A stretch of 60,680 nucleotides of DNA, counting the filler, from Barthelona sp. PAP020 (Eukaryota): assembly GCA_040182905.1 (NCBI GenBank). It is 8 parts of 8 records of this genome, joined end to end, with 100 filler letters (N's around TTAATTAATTAA, not from the genome) between each part and the next. Parts side by side here need not be neighbours in the genome. Positions count along the whole stretch, not along the records: positions 38,147 to 45,606 come from JARQWU010000493.1; positions 45,707 to 53,153 come from JARQWU010000494.1; 6 more parts are not named here. One strand, given 5' to 3'. How positions within the stretch are numbered: position 1 is the stretch's first letter; each line of letters opens with the position of its first letter. This document shows, one piece after another, positions 41,220-51,050 of the stretch. Position numbers and translations under genes: made by a program. The notes under the pieces are model-generated. The model saw nothing but the letters and a program-made list of their open reading frames with translations. It did no database searches and had not been told where the DNA came from.

Positions 41220-42959
41220 TTATAAACTCAATCTACCACTATGTTTTTTTCGTTCTAAAATTCTACCATAGAATTCCGTCCAAATGGCAAAATTTCTTGT
41301 GTTCAACGCAACTTGTAACATTTTTTTTGTTGGTATATACAATAAGTTTAAATATTTGTAATTTTCTAAATTCAAAATAGACCACAATGAAGAGGTCGTC
41401 ATGTAAACACCTTCATTAAATCTTTCCTGATCATTATCATACAAAAATGTTCCTGAATAATGATAAAAATAGCCTTTTTCCAATATATCCATTATAAATG
41501 TGTTATTGAATTCAAAAGCTGAAGGAAATTGATGAATAAGTTGAAAAACACAATCCATAAACAAAGGAAATATAGGTGACGCTTGTTTTGCTGGTAAATT
41601 AACAAATTTTCCATCAATTGGAAGAACAGTACCAGATCTTGTCATGAATTTATGTCCAAATGAGACCCATTCTCTTTCTAACAGCATAGCAAACCCTCTA
41701 ATGGTTCGATAAAAAGGATCAACCAACAATTGAATCAATGAAGTAACTTGAGAGGTTCGATCCCAACCGTCAGAACAATGAACAACAACAGAATGTCCTT
41801 GATGAAGAAGATGACCACCAATTCTACTGGCCGCTAATATCAATTGCACATGTTTTAACCATCCCGAAGCTTGAACAGCTGCCAAAAAATTTTCGTTTAC
41901 AGATAATTGTGTGAGATCAAATGGGGCTAATATGGGTTGGACACGAGAATCTGAATCCCCAAGATTTCCCATATCTTGAGGTTGTGTATTGACCATAGGT
42001 GGGAAAAAGGCCTCATGCATTCTTTCCCAAGAACTAGTAACATCATGAATATTGCCTATTCCAGCAAACCAAACCTGACAATTACGATAAGAACTTCCTT
42101 CATAACCTTTGCCCTTTAAAGAATTAGCCACTGCATATGCTTTAGGACGACAATCTAAAATAAATAAGGCTTTTGAAGATAGGCCTGTTTGTTGAATTGT
42201 GTAAAGATAACTTTCATCCAATTCTGAAGCTTGAAAAAGACCAGCATTTGGTTGTGAACATCTCCAAAGAGAAGCTCCATTTGGATGCCTCCATACACCT
42301 GCAGGAATACGTTTTGTAGATCTGAAATTTGCAACTTCTTGCAAAGCCATATCACTAAAGGAACTAGGAACAACAAATTGGGAAGGATATGTTGGTGAAA
42401 GGTGAAAATCCAAATTATCACATAATCTAAAATGCCTCAACAATCCAGTTCGTTCATAATCACATGAAGAATCATGAAGGGCATAACCACAACCTAGGGC
42501 AACATTATCAGGACCCATCAAAATACAAGGAAGAATAATCGATGTTGGTTGAGTCAAAAGTAATAATCTGGAGTAAACAGTATCTCTTGCAGTTTGCTGC
42601 TTTGGGAAACAAAATGTGTAAAATGAAAAATCCTTTCCAATTATTTGCAAATAAAACTGATCATTACCATTCTTCAGATTACTATATGTGGATAATCGAT
42701 TAATTGCTGTGTATGGTAAAGTAGCTTTCACACGATCAACAGGTTTTGGTGAACGACTGGAATTTTCATATGCCATAAAAAATAACCTTATATTTGTTAA
42801 AACTAATGTCCCACGAATTTGAATAATTCCAGATTCAATAATTAAAGTGACATTGTGATTACGAAAGCAAACTGATTCACCTGAGAACATTGGTGGTGTA
42901 TCATCATATGCAAGTTTAAATCGAGATTCAATGGCAGTTAATGTTAGTCGTTGGGCCAT
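41220..42959 (-). CDS. Myotubularin-family phosphoinositide 3-phosphatase, catalytically intact
   Basis: PH-GRAM (GTLVLTNIRL), SPTYP, RCSQP, VHCSDGWDRT, EREWVSFGHKF. Confidence 0.96.
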   Translation of the reverse strand: MAQRLTLTAIESRFKLAYDDTPPMFSGESVCFRNHNVTLIIESGIIQIRGTLVLTNIRLFFMAYENSSRSPKPVDRVKATLPYTAINRLSTYSNLKNGNDQFYLQIIGKDFSFYTFCFPKQQTARDTVYSRLLLLTQPTSIILPCILMGPDNVALGCGYALHDSSCDYERTGLLRHFRLCDNLDFHLSPTYPSQFVVPSSFSDMALQEVANFRSTKRIPAGVWRHPNGASLWRCSQPNAGLFQASELDESYLYTIQQTGLSSKALFILDCRPKAYAVANSLKGKGYEGSSYRNCQVWFAGIGNIHDVTSSWERMHEAFFPPMVNTQPQDMGNLGDSDSRVQPILAPFDLTQLSVNENFLAAVQASGWLKHVQLILAASRIGGHLLHQGHSVVVHCSDGWDRTSQVTSLIQLLVDPFYRTIRGFAMLLEREWVSFGHKFMTRSGTVLPIDGKFVNLPAKQASPIFPLFMDCVFQLIHQFPSAFEFNNTFIMDILEKGYFYHYSGTFLYDNDQERFNEGVYMTTSSLWSILNLENYKYLNLLYIPTKKMLQVALNTRNFAIWTEFYGRILERKKHSGRLSL

Positions 42960-43073
42960 ATGAAAATAAAAGTTCTGTCAAAGAAAAGCGTTGAACATAA
43001 AATTAAACAAAAGTATTTATGCATATAATTATACTTCCTAATATACAGAAATCAAATAAAACAAACAAAAAAG

Positions 43074-43961
43074 ATGAGTGTGTTTTTAAAAAAAGTAAGA
43101 AATATGTTTAATGAATATCAAATTGATAATTTGACAATATTTGTGAGTGAAATAATATCAGATGGTTTGCAATGTCGAACTGCCATTGTTTTTGATCCAA
43201 TATCCAAATTTTGTCAAATAATTGACCCTGGTCCGAATTATACTGAAGAAATTGAAGAATTAATAAGTCATTATGAAATGATACCAGATGCGATTCTTTT
43301 GACACATGCTCATTTTGATCATATGGAAAGTATAAAATATTTGATTGCTGATTTTCCCAAATTGAAAATTATTCATCACCCTGGTGATTGTGATTTGTAT
43401 GATTGTGCTTCTTATCAATTTTCATTCTTTGTTGTGTATATTGTCACCAAATATTTATATTATTTGGAAATAATTCTAATGGCACTTGCATTATGGAAGA
43501 AATGGGGTATATTGAGATTTATAGTATTTTTTATGGTGTTATTTGTGTTTATTTTTTCTGTTTTTTCGAAGCAAATTGCAAAACAATACGCAAAATGTAA
43601 AAACAAGTATTATAACTTGCCAAAAGCTGAATATTTTAATTCAGGTGTTAATGTAGAAAGGTTGATGTTTGGAAATCAAGAATTTCATGTGTTTCATACC
43701 CCTGGACATTCAATGGGAAGTGTTTCTTTGTTTTATCCGGGAAGTGACTTGTCGATACTTTTTCCTGGTGACACAATAATGGCACAAGGTTATGGACGTT
43801 TTGATTTACCGGGTGGAGATAAACAATTATTGCAAAAATCAATTGCTCGATTGGAGCGAATGTTTGGTTCTGTTCGAAATTTATTGATTTGTCCTGGTCA
43901 TGGAATTTGTTTTACCGTTGGTTCTCTTTTTTTTGAAGAAATCGAACGAAATTCAACCTGA
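43074..43961 (+). CDS. Metallo-beta-lactamase-fold hydrolase (glyoxalase II/YcbL-like) with an internal hydrophobic insertion
   Basis: IIDPG, LLTHAHFDH, HTPGHSMGS, FPGDT, GRFDLPGGD, PGHG. Confidence 0.9.
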   Translation: MSVFLKKVRNMFNEYQIDNLTIFVSEIISDGLQCRTAIVFDPISKFCQIIDPGPNYTEEIEELISHYEMIPDAILLTHAHFDHMESIKYLIADFPKLKIIHHPGDCDLYDCASYQFSFFVVYIVTKYLYYLEIILMALALWKKWGILRFIVFFMVLFVFIFSVFSKQIAKQYAKCKNKYYNLPKAEYFNSGVNVERLMFGNQEFHVFHTPGHSMGSVSLFYPGSDLSILFPGDTIMAQGYGRFDLPGGDKQLLQKSIARLERMFGSVRNLLICPGHGICFTVGSLFFEEIERNST

Positions 43962-44001
43962 ACTCAATTTTTTTTTGAAAAATTAAAAAAATTGTTCTTT
44001 T

Positions 44002-44397
44002 TTTTTCTTCTTATATGAACTTTTTCCAGAACTTTCCCAAATTAGAGACTGAAAATCTCTGTTGATTAATAAATGATAAACCTTAATCTTTATTCTTTTC
44101 AAGTCCAGCGTTCCCAAAAAGGAACCTCTTTTTCAAAACCTACTCTTTCATAGGCTGTCATGGAAGTGTTAAGCCCTATATGGGATGTGAAATTTTGCAT
44201 TACTAATTGCTTAAAAGAGCTTAATGCTCCGATATTTTTGGAATTTATTCCTAATTGTTGAAGTTTTCTTGCATTCGTCGTGGCTACTCAAAAAATCAGG
44301 GACAGGATAGGGAAAAGTTCCGTACCTTGAGGAAAAAAGGAAGCATCAGAAAATTTCATTCCAAAAAAAATAGTTGGCCTGTGAACAACCCTCATTT
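44002..44397 (+). repeat. Dispersed ~400-nt structured element, copy 2 (more degenerate)
   Basis: Shares blocks with 16431-16831, e.g. TTCCAGAACTTTCCCAAATTAGAGACTG, CCTACTCTTTCATAGGCT, TGCATTACTAATTGCT, GGAAAAGTTCCGTACCT, TGTGAACAACCCTCATTT. Confidence 0.9.
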
Positions 44398-44477
44398 CAT
44401 TTTAACAAAAAATTTATCAAAAAATTTATCAACCAGAAAAAATCTTCAAAAAAGATTTCAAATTAAATTACATTCAT

Positions 44478-45410
44478 CTAGTAATGGTGGGAAGCATTAG
44501 TTGTTGCATTTTCGTCATAATGATCACGTTGTTGTGGTTGTTGATGTGGTTTGTTGTCATCATAAGAACGTTCATGATAAATTGGTTGATCATCATTTCT
44601 ACGTTCAAAACGTCTATCGTCATAGTGTCTATCATCATGACGTCTATCACTTTCATAACGTCTCTCATTATCAAAACGTCTCTCATTATCATAACGTCTT
44701 TCACCATCATAACGTCTCTCATTGTCATAACGTCTTTCACTATCATAGCGTCTTTCACTATCATAACGTCTCTCATTATCATAACGTCTTTCACCATCAT
44801 AGCGTCTTTCACTATCATAACGGCGATCATCATCACGACGTTCCCTATCATATGAACGTCTTTCATTATCATATGGTCTGTCTTCATATCTAGGACGATC
44901 TCTACGAGGACCTCCTCTGTTTCCTCCCCTACGATATCCGCCACTGCGATGGTCATAATAATCTGAGTCATCACGATAACGGTTTTGACGATGAGAACCA
45001 TATGGAGTATCATTATATCTTCTGTCGCGATGTCTTCTGGTGCTTTGATCCAACTTCTCCCATGGATGTTTAGCATAATTAACTTCCAAGATTGCAGCGC
45101 TCAATTTTTTATCTTTAAAAGCATCAAGAACTTTGTTAGCATTTTCAACAGTTTCACATTCAATCCATCCTTGGAATTTTCTCAAACGATGTTTTTCCAA
45201 TGGAACATCAACAAAACTATTGAACTCTTCAAGCATCTCTTGATGATTTAAAGAAAGTTCGTATCTAACAAAAAGAACGGAATTAGGTTCAAGCATTTCA
45301 TCATTCATCGTTGACGATGTATGATGTTCAACCTGATCATTAACATTTGGTTCGTTAGAAACTGGTTGTTGCTCATCAACTAAAACCTCACTTTGTTGTT
45401 CGGTTGACAT
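44478..45410 (-). CDS. Divergent RRM protein with an Arg/Asp/Glu/Tyr-rich repetitive C-terminus
   Basis: SVLFVRY...QGWIECETVENANKVL...LEVNYAK fits an RRM beta-alpha pattern; followed by RGG and mixed-charge repeats. Confidence 0.75.
   Translation of the reverse strand: MSTEQQSEVLVDEQQPVSNEPNVNDQVEHHTSSTMNDEMLEPNSVLFVRYELSLNHQEMLEEFNSFVDVPLEKHRLRKFQGWIECETVENANKVLDAFKDKKLSAAILEVNYAKHPWEKLDQSTRRHRDRRYNDTPYGSHRQNRYRDDSDYYDHRSGGYRRGGNRGGPRRDRPRYEDRPYDNERRSYDRERRDDDRRYDSERRYDGERRYDNERRYDSERRYDSERRYDNERRYDGERRYDNERRFDNERRYESDRRHDDRHYDDRRFERRNDDQPIYHERSYDDNKPHQQPQQRDHYDENATTNASHHY
44646..44825 (-). repeat. Coding tandem repeat, 10 x 18 bp (RRYD[S/G/N]E)
   Basis: Units such as ATCATAACGTCTTTCACT / ATCATAACGTCTCTCATT are directly visible on the + strand. 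Confidence 0.92.
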
Positions 45411-45606
45411 TAATAAACTTAAAAAAAAAAGAAATTGTGAACTATTATTTTCCGTTGTTAAATTTTTTTATTTTATTTATGACTTCATTAAACCATCCGT
45501 GGGGGTGGGGGGAATTGAGGGATTTTATATGCGAACGCTCGTCTGATTGTTCTCATCGTCTGACGATTCTGAGACGCTGTGACCCTCACATCTACTTCCT
45601 AAAAAA

Positions 45607-45706
45607 NNNNNNNNNNNNNNNNNNNNNNNNNNNNNNNNNNNNNNNNNNNNTTAATTAATTAANNNNNNNNNNNNNNNNNNNNNNNNNNNNNNNNNNNNNN
45701 NNNNNN
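45607..45706. other. Artificial contig linker
   Basis: N-run with central TTAATTAATTAA. Confidence 0.97.
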
Positions 45707-45917
45707 TTTGCAGAAGCAAAATTTTAAAGTTTAAACTTTACCTTAGAAAATCTAAAGTTTTTCAACAGATCAATCGGGCCTCGAAAGCCTTTAACCAAAT
45801 AAACACTATTCTTTTCAATTCACTCATGCTGAAATTCCACTTGGCCTGGAAATTACTAAATATGCTCCATACTTCATGCAAATACAATAAAAAAGACAAA
45901 TAACTTTACACAAATAA

Positions 45918-47309
45918 TTATGGAATAACGGTTTTTGAAACGGCTTTTGATGAAGGAAAACTATTTAAAACAATAAAATCCAATTGAACATCTGTTTCAC
46001 CATCCCACATTGAAATGTCATTCAATGAAACAAATAAAGTTGGAAACTCATCCTCCAAACCTCGAAAAATTTCTCTTTCAATTGAAAGAACAGAAAAAAA
46101 TTTTGAATAAAAAATGGCTTGTTTTATAGCATGTTCTTCAATCCAAACCAAATTTTCCAAAATATTTTCACCATCATCTGTTTTGACACTGTTTAAGGCT
46201 TCTTGAACACATTCTGCATACATTTTTACAAATTCAATTTTAACATATTCTAATTGACTTTCATGAAACAATGATAACAAGAAAAATCTAAAAATATCCA
46301 TCATTTGATAACACAGATTATCTTCATCGAAATGAAGAATTGAGCAATCAACTAATTTGTTCAAAATTTCCAAAGGAGTATTAGAAAAACCAATATCAAC
46401 TCTGCTTATCAATTGTTCCGCTCTTTTTTTGGAAAAATTTCCAGGAATTATTGCCAATATTTTTGAATATTCTTTCAAAATGATATCTAATTGATCAACA
46501 TGAGGAGTGATAAAATTTTGTAACAACGCATACCTGCAAACAAAGGAACGCCATGTTGGATGAGACATTTTAGCCAAATCATTAATAATAGACGAACTAC
46601 AAGTCGATTCATAAATTGTACAAATTTTTTGTAAAACATCAGGCAAACAATAACAAAGTTTAGCAAAACTTTCACAATGCTCTTTTTTTAAATGAGGAAT
46701 TCTATGTTTTACAATCTTTGCAGCATCCGCAATGTTCAGAGGGAATAATTTTATTTTGAGTGTAGGTAGATCAATAATATCAACATTAATAGGATTTCTT
46801 GACGTAATAATAGTAATAAAATCGGTATATTTTGGTATTAAATCAATGGCAATTTGTTCATCATCACAATTTTCAATCAATAACAATGTTGGATCAACAA
46901 ATAATGATGAATAGAATTTTTCTAAGGTTGAATTTACAAAACATTTGTTTAATAGTTGCTCCAAAATGTTTCTTTTGGCTTTAATTGAAGTAATACTGGT
47001 ATTTTCAATTGAATCGTATATATCAACAATAAGAGGTAAATAAGTTGTTCGATAATGATTCAAAATATATCTTCCCAACGAGGATTTTCCCAAACCCTGT
47101 GATCCATAAATACTAATTATGCAGCTTTTGCCTTTTTGTTGATTTATAAAGTCTAAAATTGTTTTTAATTCCTTCTCTCTGCCAAACAATACATGACTTG
47201 GTTGAAAGATAGGAGTTTGCCCAAATTTATCACCAAAATTAATTTTAGAAGTGTTTTTTTTATCAAACACTGGTGGTGAAGTCAAGTCAAAATATCTTTG
47301 ATGATGCAT
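45918..47309 (-). CDS. STAND/NB-ARC-like P-loop NTPase
   Basis: FGREKEL, Walker A GSQGLGKS, Walker B LLLIENCDD, IITSR, LFPLNIADA, CYCLP (GxP-equivalent), LVDCSIL...YQM (winged-helix-like). Confidence 0.8.
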   Translation of the reverse strand: MHHQRYFDLTSPPVFDKKNTSKINFGDKFGQTPIFQPSHVLFGREKELKTILDFINQQKGKSCIISIYGSQGLGKSSLGRYILNHYRTTYLPLIVDIYDSIENTSITSIKAKRNILEQLLNKCFVNSTLEKFYSSLFVDPTLLLIENCDDEQIAIDLIPKYTDFITIITSRNPINVDIIDLPTLKIKLFPLNIADAAKIVKHRIPHLKKEHCESFAKLCYCLPDVLQKICTIYESTCSSSIINDLAKMSHPTWRSFVCRYALLQNFITPHVDQLDIILKEYSKILAIIPGNFSKKRAEQLISRVDIGFSNTPLEILNKLVDCSILHFDEDNLCYQMMDIFRFFLLSLFHESQLEYVKIEFVKMYAECVQEALNSVKTDDGENILENLVWIEEHAIKQAIFYSKFFSVLSIEREIFRGLEDEFPTLFVSLNDISMWDGETDVQLDFIVLNSFPSSKAVSKTVIP

Positions 47310-47476
47310 ATCGTTTGTTCATAAAGAGTGTATTAAAAAAATGATATTCCCCATGTTTTTTTTTAAATATTTATTTTTCAACCTTAAATTAACACATAAT
47401 AAACAATCACATTGAAAAATAAGAAAAAATCATTCTTTGAAATCCAAAAAAAAAAAAAAAACTTTCAACAAGATAT

Positions 47477-48946
47477 TTATTCTTTGTGTGCACCTGTGCC
47501 AGTAATCTTTTTGGCAGTTTTGATATATTCTCTTAATTTTTCAGTCAACATTTTGACATCTTTTAAAATTTCTTCTTTGTTTAATGTCGAAAATTCATAA
47601 TTGTCCTTCAGAATAACACCATTGGCTACAACATATTGAACTTCAGAACCATCAGAAGCCCAAATTAAATTCTCGGCAATATTATCAATATGTGAAGGTG
47701 TCAAATTAGGTTTTGATGTGTCAACTAAAACAAAATCAGCGTCCATACCACTTTTTAAAGAACCACAATTCAAATTGTAAAAAGAAGCAGGAATTCTAGT
47801 GATCATATCCAAGCATTGCATTGCAGGAAGCATAGCAGGATCAGCATAAACACCTCTCTGATATTGAGAAGCAGCTCTTGCAGCAGCCAAAATATTTTGA
47901 TTATCAGCTGAACCACTGCCATCAGTAGAAATTGCAACTGGAATTCCCATTTTCATCATTTTTGGGACATCAGGCATACCAGAACCAAGAATAGTATTGG
48001 CAAGAGGGTTATGAACGATCTTTGTACCAGTTTTTGCTAAAATTTCGAGATCATGATCAGTGTTATTTACTTGATGTGCTAAAATAGTGTTTGAATCTAA
48101 AAATCCATTTTCATAAGCATATTCCACAGGAGTTTGTCCATAAGTTTCCTTAAACCAACGAGTCGTGTTAGGTTCTTCAGAAGAATGACAATGAACAAAA
48201 GTACCATGCTTATTGGCCCATTCTTTTTGAGCTTTTAACATACCAGCACCATTAGAAAACAATTGATCAGGTCCAGGAATTACCCATGTATTTTTTGCTT
48301 CGTTGGCAATTGCTAACCATTTATCAAGTCTTTCAACTGTTTCTTCAGGTGTATCTAATATTCTAGCATCATAATGTCTGTCTTGACTACCAACAGCAAC
48401 AATCATTTTGGTTCCAGCAACTTCATTAGCAGCAATAATATCAGGAACATGATATTTATTATGATTACAGAAATGTACACAACAAGAAGTTGCACCATAA
48501 TAAATATTGTCAATTCGTGCTTTAAGATAAGCCACTAAATTGGGAGATTTGCCAAAAAGTTCAGTGAGTTCTTCACGTTGTTCATTCATCATACCAGTAA
48601 AAAGATTAACAGCTTCATCTAACCAAACAGTTAAAGGAACATCTTTAGCTAAACCAATAATAGGAGATTCATGATCATGACCATGTGCAATAACAAAACC
48701 AGGCAAAAGGCAAGCATCCAATTGAGGTAATGGGTCTTCATTGGTGGCACCAATAACAAAAGCATTGGGATATTTTTCAAATAATCCATTTCCAATTTCT
48801 TCTGTGAATTGTCCAACTTCAATAATCTTATCCTCCTTACAAACAATATAACCATCTTCAATTCTTGTTTGAATATCAATGTCAGGATTGATTGGAAGTA
48901 AATATTTTGCACGTGCAATTAAATAATCACCAGGGTATGAAAGCAT
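47477..48946 (-). CDS. Metal-dependent amidohydrolase (MTA/SAH or guanine deaminase-like)
   Basis: LPGFVIAHGH, HCHSSE, LAH, VHNPLAN, ISTDG, GMDADFV, VVANG. Confidence 0.9.
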   Translation of the reverse strand: MLSYPGDYLIARAKYLLPINPDIDIQTRIEDGYIVCKEDKIIEVGQFTEEIGNGLFEKYPNAFVIGATNEDPLPQLDACLLPGFVIAHGHDHESPIIGLAKDVPLTVWLDEAVNLFTGMMNEQREELTELFGKSPNLVAYLKARIDNIYYGATSCCVHFCNHNKYHVPDIIAANEVAGTKMIVAVGSQDRHYDARILDTPEETVERLDKWLAIANEAKNTWVIPGPDQLFSNGAGMLKAQKEWANKHGTFVHCHSSEEPNTTRWFKETYGQTPVEYAYENGFLDSNTILAHQVNNTDHDLEILAKTGTKIVHNPLANTILGSGMPDVPKMMKMGIPVAISTDGSGSADNQNILAAARAASQYQRGVYADPAMLPAMQCLDMITRIPASFYNLNCGSLKSGMDADFVLVDTSKPNLTPSHIDNIAENLIWASDGSEVQYVVANGVILKDNYEFSTLNKEEILKDVKMLTEKLREYIKTAKKITGTGAHKE

Positions 48947-49329
48947 AATAAATTTTAAACTTGTAAAACAACTGAGTTGAGGTTTTTCTTTCTTCCAAAA
49001 ATTTCAATTTCTTTGAATAAATCAAACCAAGATTTTTCTTCATTTGATAATGCACCATCAGATTTTTTAAGGATTATTGTTAAATTTTAAAAGAAATAGT
49101 TTTGCGCTTTTGGTAATCAAGAACTTCAATTGAAAAATGGTTTAATTAATTTATTGTTGATAAAATATGTAGATTCAGGTTTGAGCTGTCTTTTTCATAA
49201 AAAAAAAAGCTGAAATTGAAGTTTTTTTCTTCCTTTTCAGGTAAAACCAACAGTAAAATATTTGACTTCATTGAAAGAAAACAACATTTTTTCATAATTA
49301 ATCGAAAAAAAAAATAGAATTCACAAAAT

Positions 49330-50991
49330 TTATGCTTCAAAAGGAACTGGCCATGCCTTAGCAATTGATATAAAACCTTCTTTTTGGTAAGTTTCTTTTG
49401 GAACAAAACTTTCCATTGCAGTTGGCAATTGACAAAAAATGCAACCACCTTTCCAAGCAATATATTCAGTTTCCTTTACGTCAGGTGTATGAACATGAAC
49501 TTTAGCAATATCTGAATTCATTGAGGCTAATCTTTGTAAAACACGCTCTTCCAAACATTGGTGAAAGCCCTCCAACATTGTATACTCACCAGTTACAACA
49601 ATAGCTTCAGAAAGACGTTGTCTTATTGTTGGATTTTCAATTTTTCTCAATTCTTCATAAATGATCAAATCAATTGGAAAGGGTTTATCAACAGGCAACA
49701 ATATTGACTCTCCCAGATGAGCATAATTACTTTCATCCACCACATACTCTTCTTTATTGCGTCTTCTTGCATTGTTTTTGCGTTTCGCTTGAGAATCTGC
49801 AGATATTTGAGGCCAAGTCAATGCATTCAATTCAGTTGCATTTATCTTTTCGTAACCAAATAATTCAGGATAAAAAAAAGCTAATGGTGCAATACAAGAA
49901 ATACTATTAATATTTAAACAAAAACGAGAATAATCGTATGGCAAATCAATACCCTTAATGGGTGCAACAACATCGAAATAAAATGCTTGATTTTGACATT
50001 GAGTTGGTAAAAGATGACAATTTTTTAAAAAAATACTTTGTGTCATTTCAAACACTTGAGGTTCTTCAACAGATAATTCAGTTGGCAAATTCGATTCAAA
50101 TTTTTCAGGTTGATGATGTAAAAGTTTTAAGAATAATTGGTATAAATGTTGCGATCCAAAAGGAACGGTATAAACTGTGTGAGGTACAATAAGAAGATCA
50201 TCAACACACGTAAAATGAATATGTCGACAATTAATATTTGCTATTAAAGCAGTGGAAAATCCCATACCTATTGATGTCAAAATTGAAGCATAATTCCCCA
50301 AAATGGCTTGAAACTCAAGTTCCATTAACATATCAACCAAATAAGAAGCATTGTTTATTCCAATAATATCAGGGATTGCCAAAACACAACGATATCGATG
50401 AAAATCTTTTGATTTGATCTTTAATTCGGATTCTATTGCAGTTTTCCATAAATTGATAACAGTTGAACGATATTTTGAATGACCAATATTCCTAATATCA
50501 GAACAAAGTTCAGCAAAAGGATAAATTAGTGTAAAATTATTGTCAGGATTTAAAAGCTCTGCAACACGTCCAAAAACATTATCTTCAGAAGGTGATAACA
50601 TACTATAATTAAATTGTGATTGCATTTTTGAAAGTTCCCGACATTTATCATCATCATTCGAATAAATAGTCTGATTCTTTGTTTTTATAAATTCTTCCTT
50701 TTCTGGATATAAATTTTTTATGTTTTCAACAATTTCGTGAACATTTTCAACGGTTTTTTCAAACACATCATCTTCATCTGTATTTGCACATTTTAAAAAC
50801 TCAGACATTTCAAACAAATCTTGCTTCAAAATAGAGTCATGAGTAGCTAATGCTTGAGAATATATTTTTGGTGAAGAACTTGTCGATAATCCCAAAAATA
50901 ATTTTCGTTCAGTGGGATAAAGAACAATAGTTGGTATTATTGGTATAGAATCATTAGAATTTGTCATTGTAGAAATGTATTTTGAATTCAT
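49330..50991 (-). CDS. ACTR8: Actin-related protein 8 (INO80 complex), divergent
   Basis: YRCVLAIPD, CVDD, IVVTG, LEERV, IAWKGG...ESFV...YQKEG resemble ARP8. ATG at 50991 or 50967. Confidence 0.75.
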   Translation of the reverse strand: MNSKYISTMTNSNDSIPIIPTIVLYPTERKLFLGLSTSSSPKIYSQALATHDSILKQDLFEMSEFLKCANTDEDDVFEKTVENVHEIVENIKNLYPEKEEFIKTKNQTIYSNDDDKCRELSKMQSQFNYSMLSPSEDNVFGRVAELLNPDNNFTLIYPFAELCSDIRNIGHSKYRSTVINLWKTAIESELKIKSKDFHRYRCVLAIPDIIGINNASYLVDMLMELEFQAILGNYASILTSIGMGFSTALIANINCRHIHFTCVDDLLIVPHTVYTVPFGSQHLYQLFLKLLHHQPEKFESNLPTELSVEEPQVFEMTQSIFLKNCHLLPTQCQNQAFYFDVVAPIKGIDLPYDYSRFCLNINSISCIAPLAFFYPELFGYEKINATELNALTWPQISADSQAKRKNNARRRNKEEYVVDESNYAHLGESILLPVDKPFPIDLIIYEELRKIENPTIRQRLSEAIVVTGEYTMLEGFHQCLEERVLQRLASMNSDIAKVHVHTPDVKETEYIAWKGGCIFCQLPTAMESFVPKETYQKEGFISIAKAWPVPFEA

Positions 50992-51050
50992 ATACCAAAA
51001 TAAAAAAAAATAGAAAAAAAAGTTGTTTATCAAAAGACTCAAGGGACAAA

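Noticed and set aside
44646..44825. Regular repeats as a possible CRISPR array
   Set aside because: Head-to-tail 18-bp in-frame units with no spacers, inside a eukaryotic CDS.
44474..45076. 200-aa Met/Val-rich ORF and antisense ORFs over the RRM gene
   Set aside because: Alternative-frame shadows of the tandem repeat.
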